DNA of 64,000 nucleotides from Takakia lepidozioides (taxonomy: Eukaryota; Plantae; Bryophyta): positions 74,338,001-74,402,000 of the forward strand of contig CM060732.1 in NCBI GenBank assembly GCA_030704615.1, written 5' to 3'. Position numbers and translations under genes: made by a program. Below are positions 1-14,600 of this stretch, piece after piece. Position 1 is the stretch's first letter; each line of letters starts with the position of its first letter. The notes under the pieces are model-generated. The model saw nothing but the letters and a program-made list of their open reading frames with translations. It did not search any database and was not told the DNA's origin.

Positions 1-9
1 GGCACTTAC

Positions 10-3000
10 AGGGCAGCCTTGGCTTCGGAAATCAGCATGGTTGTTACCCAAAAGAGGGGCAGTCAACGGATAGCCAGCAAGCCTTGCTTGCACAGCTTCC
101 AACACTTCATACTCCTCTCTGTTAACCAAGCCGACATAATATTAAACCAAGCCTTCCAGCGTCAAAAGACCATGACTGATGAGCACCTACAACAGCACTG
201 TCAACACTCGTGGTGATTACTACTTAATCTCAAGGATGAGGATGGGGCGAGAGAGAGGAATTATGGAGGTGGCAACAATGCTTTCATTCCACAGTGATGT
301 GTGAGAGGGTGGGGGTGATGGACACAGGGGACGTGGAGGGTGTCAGGCCGATCATTCATGGCCAGGCAATGGTATATTGTGTGGTGAGATTTTACAATAT
401 TGCTATATTTCCTTCTGCTCTATATTCCTTTTCACTAACACCAAACACCTTGTTAGACAAAAGGTAGCCTTTCTCATGATCCACTGAAGTACCGTGTGAC
501 AAGGATGAAGATGAAAACACTGCCAAGTAGTGAGCTGGCCACCACTGAGGAGTCCGCAAAGTCAGAGATAGCACTGCTGCTGCAAGCCTTCACGCTATCC
601 TCCATAGAACTTCTGTATGCAAATGAGGCCTGCCAATAGCACCATAGCTTTGCTGGATGAGTTAGGCAAACCATGAGACAGTTTCAGGCCTTGTCAAGAG
701 CACAGTTCAGGAGGACAGGAAACTGACCTTGCAAATCCTCATTATGGTTTCGCCAACATGATACCAGGAACTTAATGCAAGATTGCTTTCTGGACTCGTA
801 CTATCTGATCCAGCATCAAAACAGACATTTAATTAGACGAAGCAATGAAAATATCCAAAGGAAGGTTCTTCTTTGAGTGGCCAACAATCCTGTAATTTTA
901 GTTGCCATCTGAAGAGAGAATTTCTCTGACAACGCCTGACTAGCACAAGGGCTGGCTATATTCGTTTGGGGTGCCTATTAGCATTAGTTGCTGGGCCACA
1001 CTGTAGAGGCTTGGACTAGGGACTTGCCCACTTCAATGCAACAAGTAGGGAAGGATGCCAGGAGAGGGGAGATAGTGAAAAATGTGTGAACCCATACTTC
1101 TCCTAGCCTCGTCTAGGGTGAGAGAGAGAAACCGTGCATGCACAGCACATGTGAGGCAATTTTCAACAATAAAGAATGGACAATAAGACCTAAGAAGGCT
1201 TATCACGAGTACACACTTTCATGCACTAAAGTACCAACTATCTGTAGGTTGACACAATGGAATTTCTCCCTTGTGAGCAGATAACTTCGTACCTTCTGGA
1301 ATATTTGCACTTGACAGAGCACAAAAGTTACCGAGGCGGTCTGTTGCTATTGCTGTATCCACATCCATGAGAATGCAGTCAGCTACAAGGCGCTGTACTG
1401 GATCACAATGGAGTTGCTCTAGCTGACAAGTATCCTGCACTCACCGACCACCATATGCCACATTCTCACCTATTGAATCTTGGGGCAGTTAAATGCTCTT
1501 GTTCCTTACTCTTAGAAAAACAGGGCACAAAATTGATAGAACAGATTTCCAAGGAAACAGTCTTTTCACACCCACCTCTTGATATGAATAGAAGACGACA
1601 CCATCCCGGCACTCCCCCACGGCAATTCGGTTTAAATGAACAGAAAGGCTGGTGATCGCAAAGCGCGTTCGTACCCTGGCAAGCCGCCGCAGCCGCTGGG
1701 GAGAGTCTGGCAGAAATCCTAGACAACACAGCTGTTTGCCCACCAAAAATAAGAGAAATATTGAAGGCATGAGGTTGATGATAAAGGTTTCTCCTTAGGG
1801 GCTGGGGGGCCTCCTCTAGGTAAACAGAAATTGCTCCTGGAAGTAAGGCCTTTCCATGTCTAAATAGCTTTAAGGGCCAAATTGCATTAGCTCAAAAAAT
1901 ACATATCCATCTCTGTCTTTCGAATGACTAGGTGCAAAATCATCAACAATATCCATACACTGGCATCCCGAGAGACACAAACCAGCAGCTGTTCTCCAAA
2001 ACCCCCAAAAACGCCGAACTCAAAAGCAGCGTGATGGTGCTTTGTACTTACATTATTACCAGCTGAAGCAAGGACATACTGTCCCAGATAGGGACTCACT
2101 GAGAGAACCATGCCCGGCAGCACTACATGTGTTTTGAGTCGCAGTTTTGGTACTTCACTCTGAGCTAGCCGGTGGCCATCTTTATCATCCTCATCTGTGG
2201 TCATCAGTGACTCGCTTATCACCATGGTCTCAGCCGATGCTGGCCTGGGAGTTGGATGATCTGTTGAAGCTGGGATGCCTGGGGTGGAGTTTGGAAAGAC
2301 CCCACTATTGCCTCCTACACGCCTCGATTCGAGCTGAAATACCAACAATCGACCCTTCGTACTGCAAAGGAGCCGGAGAAAAGAACAGGGAAAACATAGG
2401 TAAGAACAAGAAGGGAGTAAACTCAAACACGCTGCTGTTGACGGCCTTTGGTGGAGCAAATTACAATGAGAAAAATAGAAGGCTTTTGTGAAAGTCCCCA
2501 TGCAGTGCTCAAGTTGCTAGCTGTCCTAATATCAAGCAAAGACTATGCACATGCACAGGTACAAAAGCAAATGAAGTAATACATACCTGCATGCATACAC
2601 ATACGCAGGCGCACACACACACATCGTATCAGACTATGCAACTTGCAGAAACCACTGGATGTCACAACTGCTCGAAGCATGCACAAAGGAAGTCGTGAAA
2701 ATGCCATACCTGGCACGGAACTGGGTTGACAACAAATGTGCTCAGGAGTAAAACACCTACAGGACTCAGTGTATGAGTACCTAGGGCCCTTCAACTATCC
2801 AAACCTACACATAGCAACAAAAAGGCATACCTCTCTGGTTCACCACTGTGCATGATAGCGCGGCCAGCAGTTATACTAGTGCCCACCAGCAAGAGTTGCT
2901 CATTGCCAAGCTTCCATAGCTGCATGCACCGAGCAGTCTCTCCAGCATCAAGCTGGAAGCAAGAGTGAAAGGCACCGCTGAGTGGATCAACACAGCATAT

Positions 3001-6000
3001 ATCTGAGACAGCATGGCACCCTTCTGGGCCCGGTGTGTCTGTCCGCATTACCAACAGAGTTTTTGAGTCTGAGTGATAAAGCACCCGCCGAGGTGTTCTC
3101 CCTAAGGGCAATCTTTGCACATTTAATTGCTTTGAATGCTCCATCTCCACCTACTTAACAGGACAGGCACAACGGATGCAACAATTTAAAAGCCCAAATC
3201 ATCCAACAGCTTTTCAAAGAGAACCTAGCAAGTTCTCACAGCTCTGAAACACTTGCACTTGACAGGGTTGCAAGCTTCCCAAGTACTACGATCTACAATG
3301 GTGCCATGCAACATACAGAGATCGAAGACAGTGAAAGTCACCAAATACAGGCATGGTCCTCCATATTCTGAAGTGAATACAAGGGAGTCCTGTTTCAGTA
3401 GAATTTTCTAGCTCAACGCATCCTCCGCACATTTCTTAGCAAAATTTTGGAGGAGAACATTTTTCATCTTTCAGCTTAAGACTTTCTAGCTTGTGGTATT
3501 AGCTCTAGTGCAGAGACTAGTCGCATCAGTGCTCCAAATGAAGATTAGATACCATTCCTCCAGAGGACATTTCCCCAGTGTCCTTCACCTGCAGGCTCTC
3601 TCTTTCACCAAATACTTTGACAAGACATTTTCAGCAGGTGAAGGACAGATCACAAGTCCATTACAAGATTCAATTTACAAAAAATGCAATACTAACTCAG
3701 TGAGTGTCTGTCACATGCCCTACAAAGTGTTCATACGCGCAATGTTGTCAAATAGAGCTACACAAAGACCGACAAGCTATGGGAATCAGAGAAACCAACC
3801 AAATGCAAGCTGCAGTCGGCCACAAAAAGAATGCCATTTGGGCAGTCTGAAGAGCTAACTGGTGTTGCATGTGTAGAGGGTTGGAATGAGATGGAGGTAT
3901 AGGCAATCCGCTGGCTATAGGTGGCTGTCTGTAGCAACCAGGGCCGGTCACTGAGAGCCATAATGTCTGCCCGCAGCGATGCCTGGAGAGGAATCATTGA
4001 AACAGGCGAGATTCCCATTCGCCGAACAGCAACCAAATTTAAGGACACTGGCCTTGCATCGTCCACACCCTCCTTTCCTATTTCTATATTGCTGCTGGTC
4101 CTGACTGAAAATTGTATCTCTGTATCCTCCACAGCAATGAATTCTGGGAAGGAGGGTTTAATTGTTGCAAGTTCGGTAGAAGCTGATTGTGATAAGGAGG
4201 TTTCTGCAGAAGGAACCGACAAAGTTGATGTAGAACTAGTTGGCCATTCATACCGAAGAAGCATTCCATTTCTTAGCCCAGATAGAATGTACAGACGATC
4301 AAACTGAGCCAGTCTCACACTTTCTGGCACACAATCGCTCAATGTCGTGCCAAGGGAATTCACTATAGAAACAAGCCCCACTGCAAGAGAAGTAAAATTC
4401 TTCCCAGGAACAATAGACAGGAGCTCAACAGAGGGCTTATGCGTTCCCACCACACATATCTTGCCCACTTCCACTCCCAGGGGGATGTTGCTTTGGGGAC
4501 TCCCTTCTAGCCCAACAATTGATGGTGGCAACGCAGAAGAAACCAATTCCTCCTCTTCCGGAATAGAGATGCATGACAACTCTGCCTCTAGCAAGCATTG
4601 CTGAATCTCGAACACTTCAAGCACACCACCTGTCACGGCACGGCGTGTCCCCAGCATGACAATGAGCCCAGGTTGTGATAGAGCCAGAATGATAGTGCGA
4701 TGTGCTACTGCTCCCAGGCTTATGCATAAGCCCTGGGGAGGTATCCAAGAAGAACAGAGAGGAAGGGCCCCTTCTAAACCAGCAGGATGGGCTGCTATGG
4801 TGGGGGCGCATACACGTACTTCTTTGCTGCAAACCTGGGCCACAAAACCATCCTCAATGCCCCCACACGCCAGTGTTGAGGCCCACGGCTGAAAGCCAAT
4901 AGCATCTGTGATGTCAACAAAGTTGAGACCAACAGAGAGGACTCGTGTCTCTAGAACAAACGACATCACGAAGAAGGCGTGGTATTGGTCCTTGCGGCAC
5001 ATGCGCATGGTGTATATGCCTGTCACACCCTGGGAGCCCACAATTTTTACAAGTGTTTGCTTAAATGGCAGAGATGTACATTGCAACAACAAATATGCAT
5101 TTTTCTAACCATGCAAACATGTCATAAAATTGAAAGAGGGAATTCAACTCAAATCAATAGCACTGGTGTTCACAATCAGATTGTCCATGTCCATCCATTC
5201 ATAGATTAGAAATTGCAGAGCAATCACAGGCCAAAAACTTAATCCTGGTAGGTGATATTTGTATGGGCATTGGCTCTAACCAGAGCTGGGTTGAGCTACA
5301 GACAAGGTGATGTAGGGCACCCGACAGGAAGTTCCTTGTTCTAGCCTGTACACTTTCATACCTGATATGTAGGAGAAGTGGTTAGCAGCTTTTCAACACT
5401 GATTCCATTGTGAACGATACGCAAAGACCCTTCCTGCCCTGCACCGCAGCATGCAAACATCTGGGCCTGCTTCTCCCCATGGTAGTCAACTAATGCAAAA
5501 TCCACAATTGGAGCCAGGTTCTGAATAAGACTGCAACAAGTCAGAGTGCCACTGACACTGCACCGGAGAACCTGGCCATCGCCCATCTCCACCAACACAG
5601 CAAGGAAACCTCCTTTTGTCCACAGAACTACATTGCAAGGGGAGCATCTGTATTGACATTGTCTCACTTCAATTTGTGGAATCCCCTCCTGTGCTTGAAC
5701 GTTTAACTGTGCGATATGAATCTCCCCTGTATCCATGGCAAGTGCCAATCTAGGTTGATCGCCCCCATCTGGCTCCCAACTCCATGCAGTGATGGTTGGT
5801 AAAGAGGAGACATCCCCATCCACATCCATTGCCTCTGAGGTTTCCCCATCGCTCATATAAGCAATATACTGATTACATGTTGCATACCTTCCTCTAGACA
5901 GAAGCTCAAGCAAGGCAGATGCTGCAACACTGTTCGAGCTCCCATCTTCTTCATCTAATTTTCTTCGAAACTTGTACACAGCAGCTGTGCGGGGATGCGT

Positions 6001-9000
6001 CGGAGTTCTCAGATCAAGAAGCAAGAAGTCCCCTGAACGAGAAAGAAGGGCAAACCCCGGTGCTGCAGGCACTTCCAGAATGGCCAAACCCAATGGGCCC
6101 AGTCCGTTGGGTCCAACAAACGCTTCGTACCGCGACTTGAGCTGAATGAATCGCTCTTTGTTGTCACACATCAACAACTGCACTTCATTGTTGACAGCAC
6201 CCCGCCTGCAATGTTCCTCCCATTGCACCAACACTTCAATTTCAAGCAATAGCCTCCCTAGCACCTGCTACCTTCCAAAATGTCAGAGAGCAAACATGCC
6301 AAGGCTGCCATGATAAAACAAATGCAATATCCCTGCAGTACATCAAGTTCCTCGCCTGCAGCATTCAGACTCCTTTCATAGAGTTTCAATTAAAACTCCT
6401 GATCCTTATCCTATATCACCATTCTCTGATAAGACAATCACCATTCTCCTTATCCTATGCAAGTTCAAATGTAGGATAATTATTGAAGCAGTGTTGCCTG
6501 ACCACTGTTGGTATACATCTTACCTCTTCAGGTATAGAGAATCCCAACAACCTGACAGACAAATCACTTCTCTTGTGTACTCTTGAATCACTTGGGTTAC
6601 AGTGATATTGAACTTTGCTTTTGAACAACCCACCTTTGACACAGCTGGTTCAAGTGTGTGGCACTTCAAAGAGACTAAGTGAGTAAGAAAGAAGCAGGTC
6701 CTCACCTATGTACAAGCACCGCCAAAAATAGCACCCCTCCTGCCTTGCCTAATGTCTCATCAGCCATCCCCACAAATGCCATGCTCCAGATTGTTCCCCA
6801 GCCTGTTGGTTTGTCTCTCACTCCACTTGTGCTGGCTTCAGGGGTTGCTATGAGCTCCTGTGGATAGACCATTCTCTGACAAGCCAATCAATCAAATAAA
6901 CAAGTGCACGTCAACTTGAGATTCCCAAGTCACACAATGCCTTAATACCCTATTATCAGAATGCCCTTCAGTCTCCCATCACTTTTGAGTTCAAGAGCAA
7001 GACCTTGAGCTGAAATTTATGAAGAGATGTCAATAGAATGGTAGTCATGAATTACTATAAACCAAACGCTTGCAGCAAGGCAGAAAACACATCCCACTTG
7101 CATACTGAAAATGATACAACTGCTAAGGTTTTAGATGACCACCACTTTTCTATTTGCCATATGCAAAATCCCTTTATACAACTGCATGGAAGTAATGCAG
7201 CCCTCATTGATGGCACACACATAATATGATGATTTGGGAAGCCAAACCTTGTCCACTACAATGCTCCCTGCCGAAATAGAGGTAGGGAAGATCGCCAATC
7301 TGTCTTCAAAAGCACCCACTGCAATTGCGCGGCCCCTGCAGTTGATGAGGCGAAACGGTACGCACCTTCAGATATAAAACATCCTACAAGAGGCAGATAC
7401 TGAATATGTCCATTCGTTATCAATGCGGAATCCAGTAGAAGGGAGCAACCCTCAGCTTGCACTGCACCCTAAAATGCCAGAAGGTGTCTCACAACCAATG
7501 TTACCATGTAAGCTGAAAGCACCATAGTGCAAACTGGAAAAGGCATTGCCACATGCCTAATGCCTAACTACTTGGAAAATCAGAGAGAACACAGATGCCT
7601 GAAGTTCTTTACCTGGATTCAACCGTTAGTAGCCGACCCAGTTCCCGCCGCTGGTTTCCAGGGTGTGACACGTGTACATGTGAAACTGCCAAAAATCTGT
7701 TCACAAAGTAGAAATGCACAATCAAGACCTACTTCCAAAAGCCTCCAGCTCATCTGCTCTCAATTCTTGCCAGCATCCCAAGAAGCAGTATACAAATTCT
7801 TACGGTTCAGCAATCAAGTCACAAGCTGAGACTTGCACAAACCAACATACTGAGTGGAACTATCGTCACCAGCATATACTTCAGACATCAACTTAATTTC
7901 ATTGAACAACAAGTTGCTACAAAGAAAGTACAGCTCAAACTGAAGCAGCAACTTCGAACCTTACTGTCCCATTACCAGCCAGAATAACCTCTTGTTGGTA
8001 CAGTCCCTTCTAAACCTGCTCAATTTTAGGCAGATGAGGCCCCAATCCATCAGGTGATCACTGTGCCTCTGGCTACAAGCCAAAATTGAACTCGGGTGTG
8101 TTATTTAGCCACACAGTGGAGCGGAGAGGTGCACCTATGCAGGTCGATGCTGAAGGTGAGGAATGAGAGCTTTCCCGAGTCTGAAAGAAGCACAAGCAAA
8201 TCCTTCCCATAGGTCTGCAACAAAAACATAAATGCAACTCCTTCAAAAACTCTGCCATTGCACTGAGAGTGGCTCATAATCATGGACAACCAAGGTGTTC
8301 CAATTGAGTGAAACGTGAAACTGTATCAAGCATATTTCTGTGTTCTGCCCCCTCAGATATGTCGTTCCTTGTCTGATCAAGTGTCAGAGCCCCATTGACT
8401 GACTTACCCAAAACTATCCACAATTAGGTCTGATCAGCAGATCAGTGCCTTGTGATGCATATGTATAAGTGGAAGTAATTATGCACACTGATTTTGTCAG
8501 GAGAGCCCTAATCCCACCTCATAGTACCCCAACAAATAGACACCCTTCCCCCAATCAAAGGACCAGCCGGTGGGGAGCAGTCTCTCTAGCAAAGCAATTG
8601 CATAGGAACAAAAGGCTGAAACTAACCTGAGGCTGAGGACTGCGGTGGCACTCGTTCCATGGAAGCACACGGAGGTCCTTAATAGTACCAAACACAGGTT
8701 GCTCGCAAACTGATTGCACGGTCCCGTCTTGACCCACAACCACCAGCTCCAATGATGTCTCCTGCCCTTCACAAAAGGGGCCCTGCCGTCAGGTCTCATC
8801 CAGTAACAAATTGACATGACATGAATAAGTGACAATGTCCGGGGGGAGCTTTAGTTATTTCACGAGAATGGAGTGACAGACACATTATGTTGGGATGGAC
8901 TTCATCACAACATAAGTAACATAAACTTAAGCCACAACTGAAAGGTATTCACTTCACAGAAAACAAACGAGGGGCTTCGAGGGTGGGAGAGAGAAGATAA

Positions 9001-9152
9001 ACCTTGCCAAAGACAACATCGAAGGTGGAGGGAGAGCGAATGTGACCGTATACAGCATGCAACACTACAGTACTTCGCAGCACACATTTAGCCAAGTAGC
9101 GTGCCTGCGATGCCTGTCCTGGATCCTCTCCTCCCCCATCCTGCACTGCCAT
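10..9152 (-). CDS. SF3B3/RSE1/DDB1-like CPSF-A-subunit family protein (At3g11960-like), about 15 exons in the window, 3' end beyond the left edge
   Basis: ATG at 9152. Spliced exons read YLAKCVLRSTVVLHAVYGHIRSPSTFDVVFGK|ETSLELVVVGQDGTVQSVCEQPVFGTIKDL, GKDLLVLLSDSGKLSFLTF, QNLAPIVDF..QMFACCGAGQEGSLRIVHNGISVEKL, LSDRPWLL, RIAVGECRDGVVFYSY, and EEYEVLEAVQARLAGYPLTAPLLGNNHADFR (10-118). Boundaries are GT-AG; large exons are 5361-6207 and ~3798-5030. Confidence 0.9.
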
Positions 9153-9558
9153 CCCTTCCAAGGTCTCAACCTAATCCTAACCTCTGTCTTCACTTTAAAT
9201 TCTTGTGATCCAGAGCTTCACCCAGCACTCGAATCTTTCCCCGCACCATGGAACCGTGTTTCCTCTATGTAGAATGCATTTCAGAATCCCCACATGTTTT
9301 GGCATCTAAGGAAAAACATGACTCTGGCAACCTGCTTCCGTCCAAAACTCTTGATGATTGACAGTAACCCAAAAACGATTTGAAGAGCGAGGGATTGCGA
9401 TTGTGCAGCGAGACTCGATTGCAATTCACACATACGTACGGACATTGGATTCCTAGACTCTTTCCATCGAAACATGCATTAGTTTAAATGTTTATTTTTT
9501 ATTTGTATTTTATTTTATTTTATTTTTAAGAACAGCCTGAGGGGGAATTGTGAAGTCA

Positions 9559-9877
9559 TGATTCCGGCGGGTTTATTCCCCTTCCTCTACCGGACTTAAT
9601 CCTATCTGGGAATGTAGTCGATAGATGGGCCTGGCAGAGAAGAGGGAATCTCACGAAGAGGACGCAACTGAGTCGGACTTCCAAAGCAGATTCATCCACA
9701 CACTCGAGCACGCCGTTACACCCAGCCTACACTCGTGTAGGACCCAAAAGCCACCACCCTCACTGCCACGGCAGCGAGGCTTAAATAGTATTAGGTCATA
9801 ATCTAATCCTAGTGCCGCGTGGCACTTACATATAGGCCCACCAGATGCCCTTCCAGCATAGCCATAGAAAGAAGCCA
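9559..9877 (-). repeat. 3' LTR copy of the Gypsy element (TG...CA core probably 9559-9830)
   Basis: Near-identical to 16954-17273 with scattered substitutions and small indels. The minus strand reads TGTAAGTGCC...GGAATCA. Confidence 0.85.
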
Positions 9878-10419
9878 GATCACCCAGATCCATCCTAATC
9901 TAATCCCACTAGCTGTTAGAATAAGACAGCACCTAATAAAGTCATCAGCTGTTGCCAGCTCATCCTCATGCGCAAGGTGTAAGTTCATCCAGACTTCATC
10001 CTGGCTCCGTCCATCCCTAAATCATCCAGAGCGCATCCCTCCTCAACTCCTCCAAGTCGAAAAAGAAGGTGAGAAGGAATCCCAGCTCCACATATGTAAA
10101 GTCTGCTGGGGCCACAAGACACTGCGAGCTCCGACGAGTGATGAGCTCAGGAAGAACAAAAACGAAGCCTAGCCAAAACAAACTACACACCCGGCACACA
10201 AGGGATGAAAAAACCTAGGGAAGAAAACCTCACCCTGCAAGCTGGGTGGAGGACAAAACATCCCATAGGAAAAACCCCAAGTGCTACAATTGGTGCAGAA
10301 AAACTATCACGAAATTCAAAAACTATTGTAAAGAAAAAGATGTCATGGTCTGAGTACGAGTTGTCCGAGCTGTGGGGGTGAAGATCATCTGACGGTTCTC
10401 AACATTCAAACAGGTTAGA

Positions 10420-13400
10420 TCAAAAGTAATAGTGCATGGAACAAGCAATGAAACATGAATGGAGCTAGCTAAATGAGGAGTAGAAGCATTCCGGGGGAGC
10501 AAGACATATTGCCTGCAGGAAGAATATCAGAGATAAGGTAAGGGCCATCAATTCTACATTTGGCCTTAGAGATCTATTTACCAGGCTGGAGCCTGACACA
10601 AACAGACTGGCCTATCTTGAATGGCTCAGAATACACAACACGTCTGTTGTAATTCTTGGCCTGAGCAGCTTGGGCAAACATAATGTTAGATTTTGCAGTT
10701 TCACGCAAACTACGTCGTCTAGCATCCATGGAAAACAAAAAGACTTCCCAATTCTTAGGCTCAGTTGCGGATACCTATAGCCAGGAGATATGCAAAGGAA
10801 TTCTACATTTCCTACCATACAAAAGTTCAAAAGGTGCGATTTTGGTACTGGCATGGATAGAATTTCTATAGGCAAAGAGCAGAATAGGCACAGCAATATC
10901 TCATTCATCAATGAGTGTTCCATTCTTCTCGAGCATCTGGCATATAGTTGTTAAATCGTTCTGTCATACCATTGCATTGGGGATTGTAGGGAGCAGTAAC
11001 GACATGCTTAGTGTTGAGATTAAACAAGACAATCTCCATAAGTTGGTTGCAGAATTCTGTACCTTGATCCGTGAGGATTTCAAGAGGGCAACCATGATGA
11101 AGTATCACCTTATCAAAGAAGAACTGCACCACCTCATCACTATCCTTAACAACCAGAGGTCGGAGCTCAACCCATTTCGTCAGGTAGTCCGTAGCAACCG
11201 CAAGGTATGCATGGCTCTTGGACATGGATTTAAGAGGTCTGACTAGATCTAAGCCAACCCTGGCAAATGGCTCAGTCACCGGAATTGGCTGCAAAGGTAA
11301 GGGAGCTTCGGTCCCAGGTAGGATGGTTTTAGTATGACAGGGCACACATTTTGCAATGAAAGCTGAGATATCTTTAACTAAGCATTTCCAGTGATGTTGC
11401 TCTTGTAATCTCTTGACAGTTTTAGCAACCCCCAAATGGCCAGCATAAGTAGAAGCATGGTACAATTCGAGTAAAGCAGGGACATCGGACTTAGAAGGGA
11501 CTTCCACAGCAGAGATACCTTCCAAAGTAGTGACTCTGAACAATCTCCCTTCACTTTCCCGGTGGTTGGGTAAGTGATAGTTGACTTGCCTCATGAGCAG
11601 ATTGGATATGCTAGTAAGGTGAGTGCTGATTTTGCACTTATGGAGAAGAGCATCGTATAATGGATCATCCATGCCTACATCACTCATGGCCACACAACAA
11701 CATGTTAGTGCAGGCGAGAAGAAAGTGGCAGCCCCCATTCTCTTCCTTTCGTGACCCTGACTTCATTTTCAGTTAGCTGCCTATGAGGAGGCAAGCAGGC
11801 TGTAGGGCGCAGCTTAGTCCCTCGGTCGGGAAACTAACCAAGGCAGGCGCAAGATAAGATGAACAGGTCTAAGGTAAGGGAAAATATCAGACCCTTCTGC
11901 AGGATGTCATACTAGAATTCATGCCAATACCAAAGAAAAGTCAACCAACATCAAACTGAAGTAGATCCCAAGTGTCAAGCAGATCTAAAGGAACATAAGG
12001 ATAGTCCAGCAAATGACACAAGGCAAAGGGATCCGAAACATGCACAACACGTGGTGTAGAGCGTGCAGCATGAGGGACCAGGTCATTTGAGGTAGTGTAA
12101 GATTCAAGGATTTTGGGTTCGCCTCGAGTCAAAGCATCTGCATTAACATTATCCTTCCCACGCTTGTAGGAGATGGTGAAGTCATAGCCTTGCAGTATTA
12201 GAGCCCACCGAGCTAATCTGCCAGTGAGTTCACGAGGAGTTAGCAAGGCTTTCAAAAATAGATGATCAGTTTCAATGGTAAAATGACAGCCATGTAAATA
12301 CTGCCTAAAATATTTGACTCCAAAGATAACTGCAAGGCCTTCCTTGTCAGTGATAGAGTAATTGCGCTCATGTTTATCAAGGCGGCAGGAGGCGTAGGCA
12401 ATGGCATGCTCCTGACCATCCTGAATCTGGCTCAACACTGCAGAGATAGCTAGATCACTGGCATCAGTTTGCAAGATAAATGACAAGGTAAAATCAAGAT
12501 AAGCAAGCACAGGAGCAGAGGATAGTGCAATTTTGAGCTTCTCAAAGGCGGATGTTTCAGTAGTACCCCACACAAAACGAGCATCCTTGGATAACAAGCG
12601 AGTGAGTGGAGCAACTAGTTTGGCAAATTGAAAAATGAAGCGACGATAGTAAGAACCCAAGCCCAAGAAGGCCTTAACACATGTTTTATTTCTAGGGGTT
12701 GGATAATTCCACACAGCTTGGATCTTACTTGGGTCAGGACTGATGCCAGCAGCAGAAAGCAGATGGACCAAGAAATGGAGCTGTTCCATACAAAAATCAC
12801 ACTTCTTGGCTTTAACTTTAAGCCCGACTGCACGAAGTCTGCACACAACCCGCTGTAAGTCCAGTGGATGAGCATCAAACGTTGTAGAATAAATGTTGAT
12901 GTCATCAATGTAAACTAAACCACACTCCCAATGAAGGTTTCCTAAAACAATGTCCATAAAGCGCTGAAATGTAGCAGTGGCGTTGCAAAGGCCAAAAGGC
13001 ATCGTTTCAAATTGGAAGATGCCCATCCTGTAGGTGAAGGCAGTTTTCTCCTTAGCAGCAGCAGTTAAAGGAACTTGCCAAAAGCCAGAGGCTAAATCTA
13101 ATGAAGAGAAGATAGTGGCCCCATTAAGTTGATATAGCGTTTCATTAATGAGTGGCAATGGGTAGACATCTTTATTTGTGATGGCATTTAAACGCCGAAA
13201 GTCAACGCAAAAATGGGTTGAGTCATCCTTCTTACCCACTTAGACAATGGGACTGGCCCAAGGGGATATGGAGGGGGTGATCACACCAGCATCCAGCATC
13301 TTGGTGAATGACTTTGCACTCACGAACACTCTCCCTATAAGCATGTTGTTTGATAGGCTTACCATCCGTGATGATGTCATCATCCAGAAGGGTGGTGCGG

Positions 13401-14482
13401 CCTAAGTCATGGGGCCCTTTACTAAAGATGTCGAGATTGTCACAGAGAAACAGGTGCAGGCGACTAATTATCTGCTGGGGAGTAAGGTAATCACCCACTT
13501 TGATATCGTTTAAGACCTGTTGGAAATGTTGCTCGTGTTCGGGAGTAAGCGTGTCATTGCCAGTAGAGCAGGAGTGAGAGGCAAACGCCTGGAGTTGGTC
13601 AACGGGGGGGTCCACCAGTCCAATATCATGAAGACTGAGGCCATTCTGAATAGAGGCCAACTCAGACAAAGGAGAAGCAGTGAGCCTAGTAAGGACCTGA
13701 CCTTTGCGGACACTGATGCTGATACGCCAGCAATCAGTAATCTGACCTCTCCCTTAAATCCCTTGTCTAAAACCCCAGAAGCAACCAAACAGTGCTTTTG
13801 GAGGGTAAGTTTTTTTTCAGCCTTCAACCTCAAGGAAATGACCTGTAGGGCAAGCAAAAGCTAAGTCTGTAGGTACTATGCGCTAAGAAAAAGCAGGGAT
13901 ACTGAAGTCAACTGGAGAACGTAGCAACATGGTATTCTGTGCCACAGGCAGGGGAGGTCCAGACTTCTTACCTGGTGGAGGGAAATGCCATTGGTACAAA
14001 TTAAGTGGTTGGAACTGGCTGAATCTGGCCCAATTATAATGCAAACCCACCTGCTCCTTCATCTGCTCAGCTTGAAGCTTCATACGAGAATAGTTGGCCA
14101 TAGAGGTCCCAGTGGCAAATAGTAACATGGCTTAGACTCACCTTGTAAGGTTGCCCCTCACCATTGTGAAGGCACATAAGATTGTTCATGATGTCAATGC
14201 TGGCCTCTGCACCCTTCGTCCAATCCAGACCCAGTAAAATTTGTTCACCCATGGTGACAATGCGGTCAGCAAGACAGTTTTCCCACTAATGCAAATAGGC
14301 AAGGTGACCAACCCTATGGGTTCATATGTCGTGCCATCAGCTATGGTAACCTCAATGCCACGAGCAGGGCTAATCTTTAATCCAAGAATGCGAACTATAC
14401 TAAGTGGAATGGCAGACATGGTACATCCAGTATCAATAACACATGGAAAGGAAAGGTGGCCTACATGACATTGTGTCATCAA
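10420..14482 (-). pseudogene. pol: Gypsy pol (protease, dUTPase-like segment, RT, RNase H, integrase), degenerate
   Basis: ORFs 14186-14482 (DTG), 11941-13239 (RT/RNase H) and 10908-11738 (INT). The frameshifted INT C-terminus reads LLFAYRNSIHASTKIAPFELLYGR..DGPY. Confidence 0.92.
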
Positions 14483-14600
14483 TGGGTGGATCCGGTCCCT
14501 ACTGATGCGCTTAAGGCCTCACAGTGCATGAGTTTGAAATCACGGGAAAGAACAGCACTTACCAGCGTTTTGGGGTTCTTACCATGGTCATCTAGCACCC

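Noticed and set aside
9811-9826. Hairpin AGTGCCGCGTGGCACT next to CTAG as a Helitron 3' end
   Set aside because: Lies inside both LTR copies, and the spacing is not that of a Helitron terminus.
9880-10420. Chromodomain or env-like ORF after the Gypsy integrase
   Set aside because: No chromodomain motif or convincing ORF found after the GPY region.
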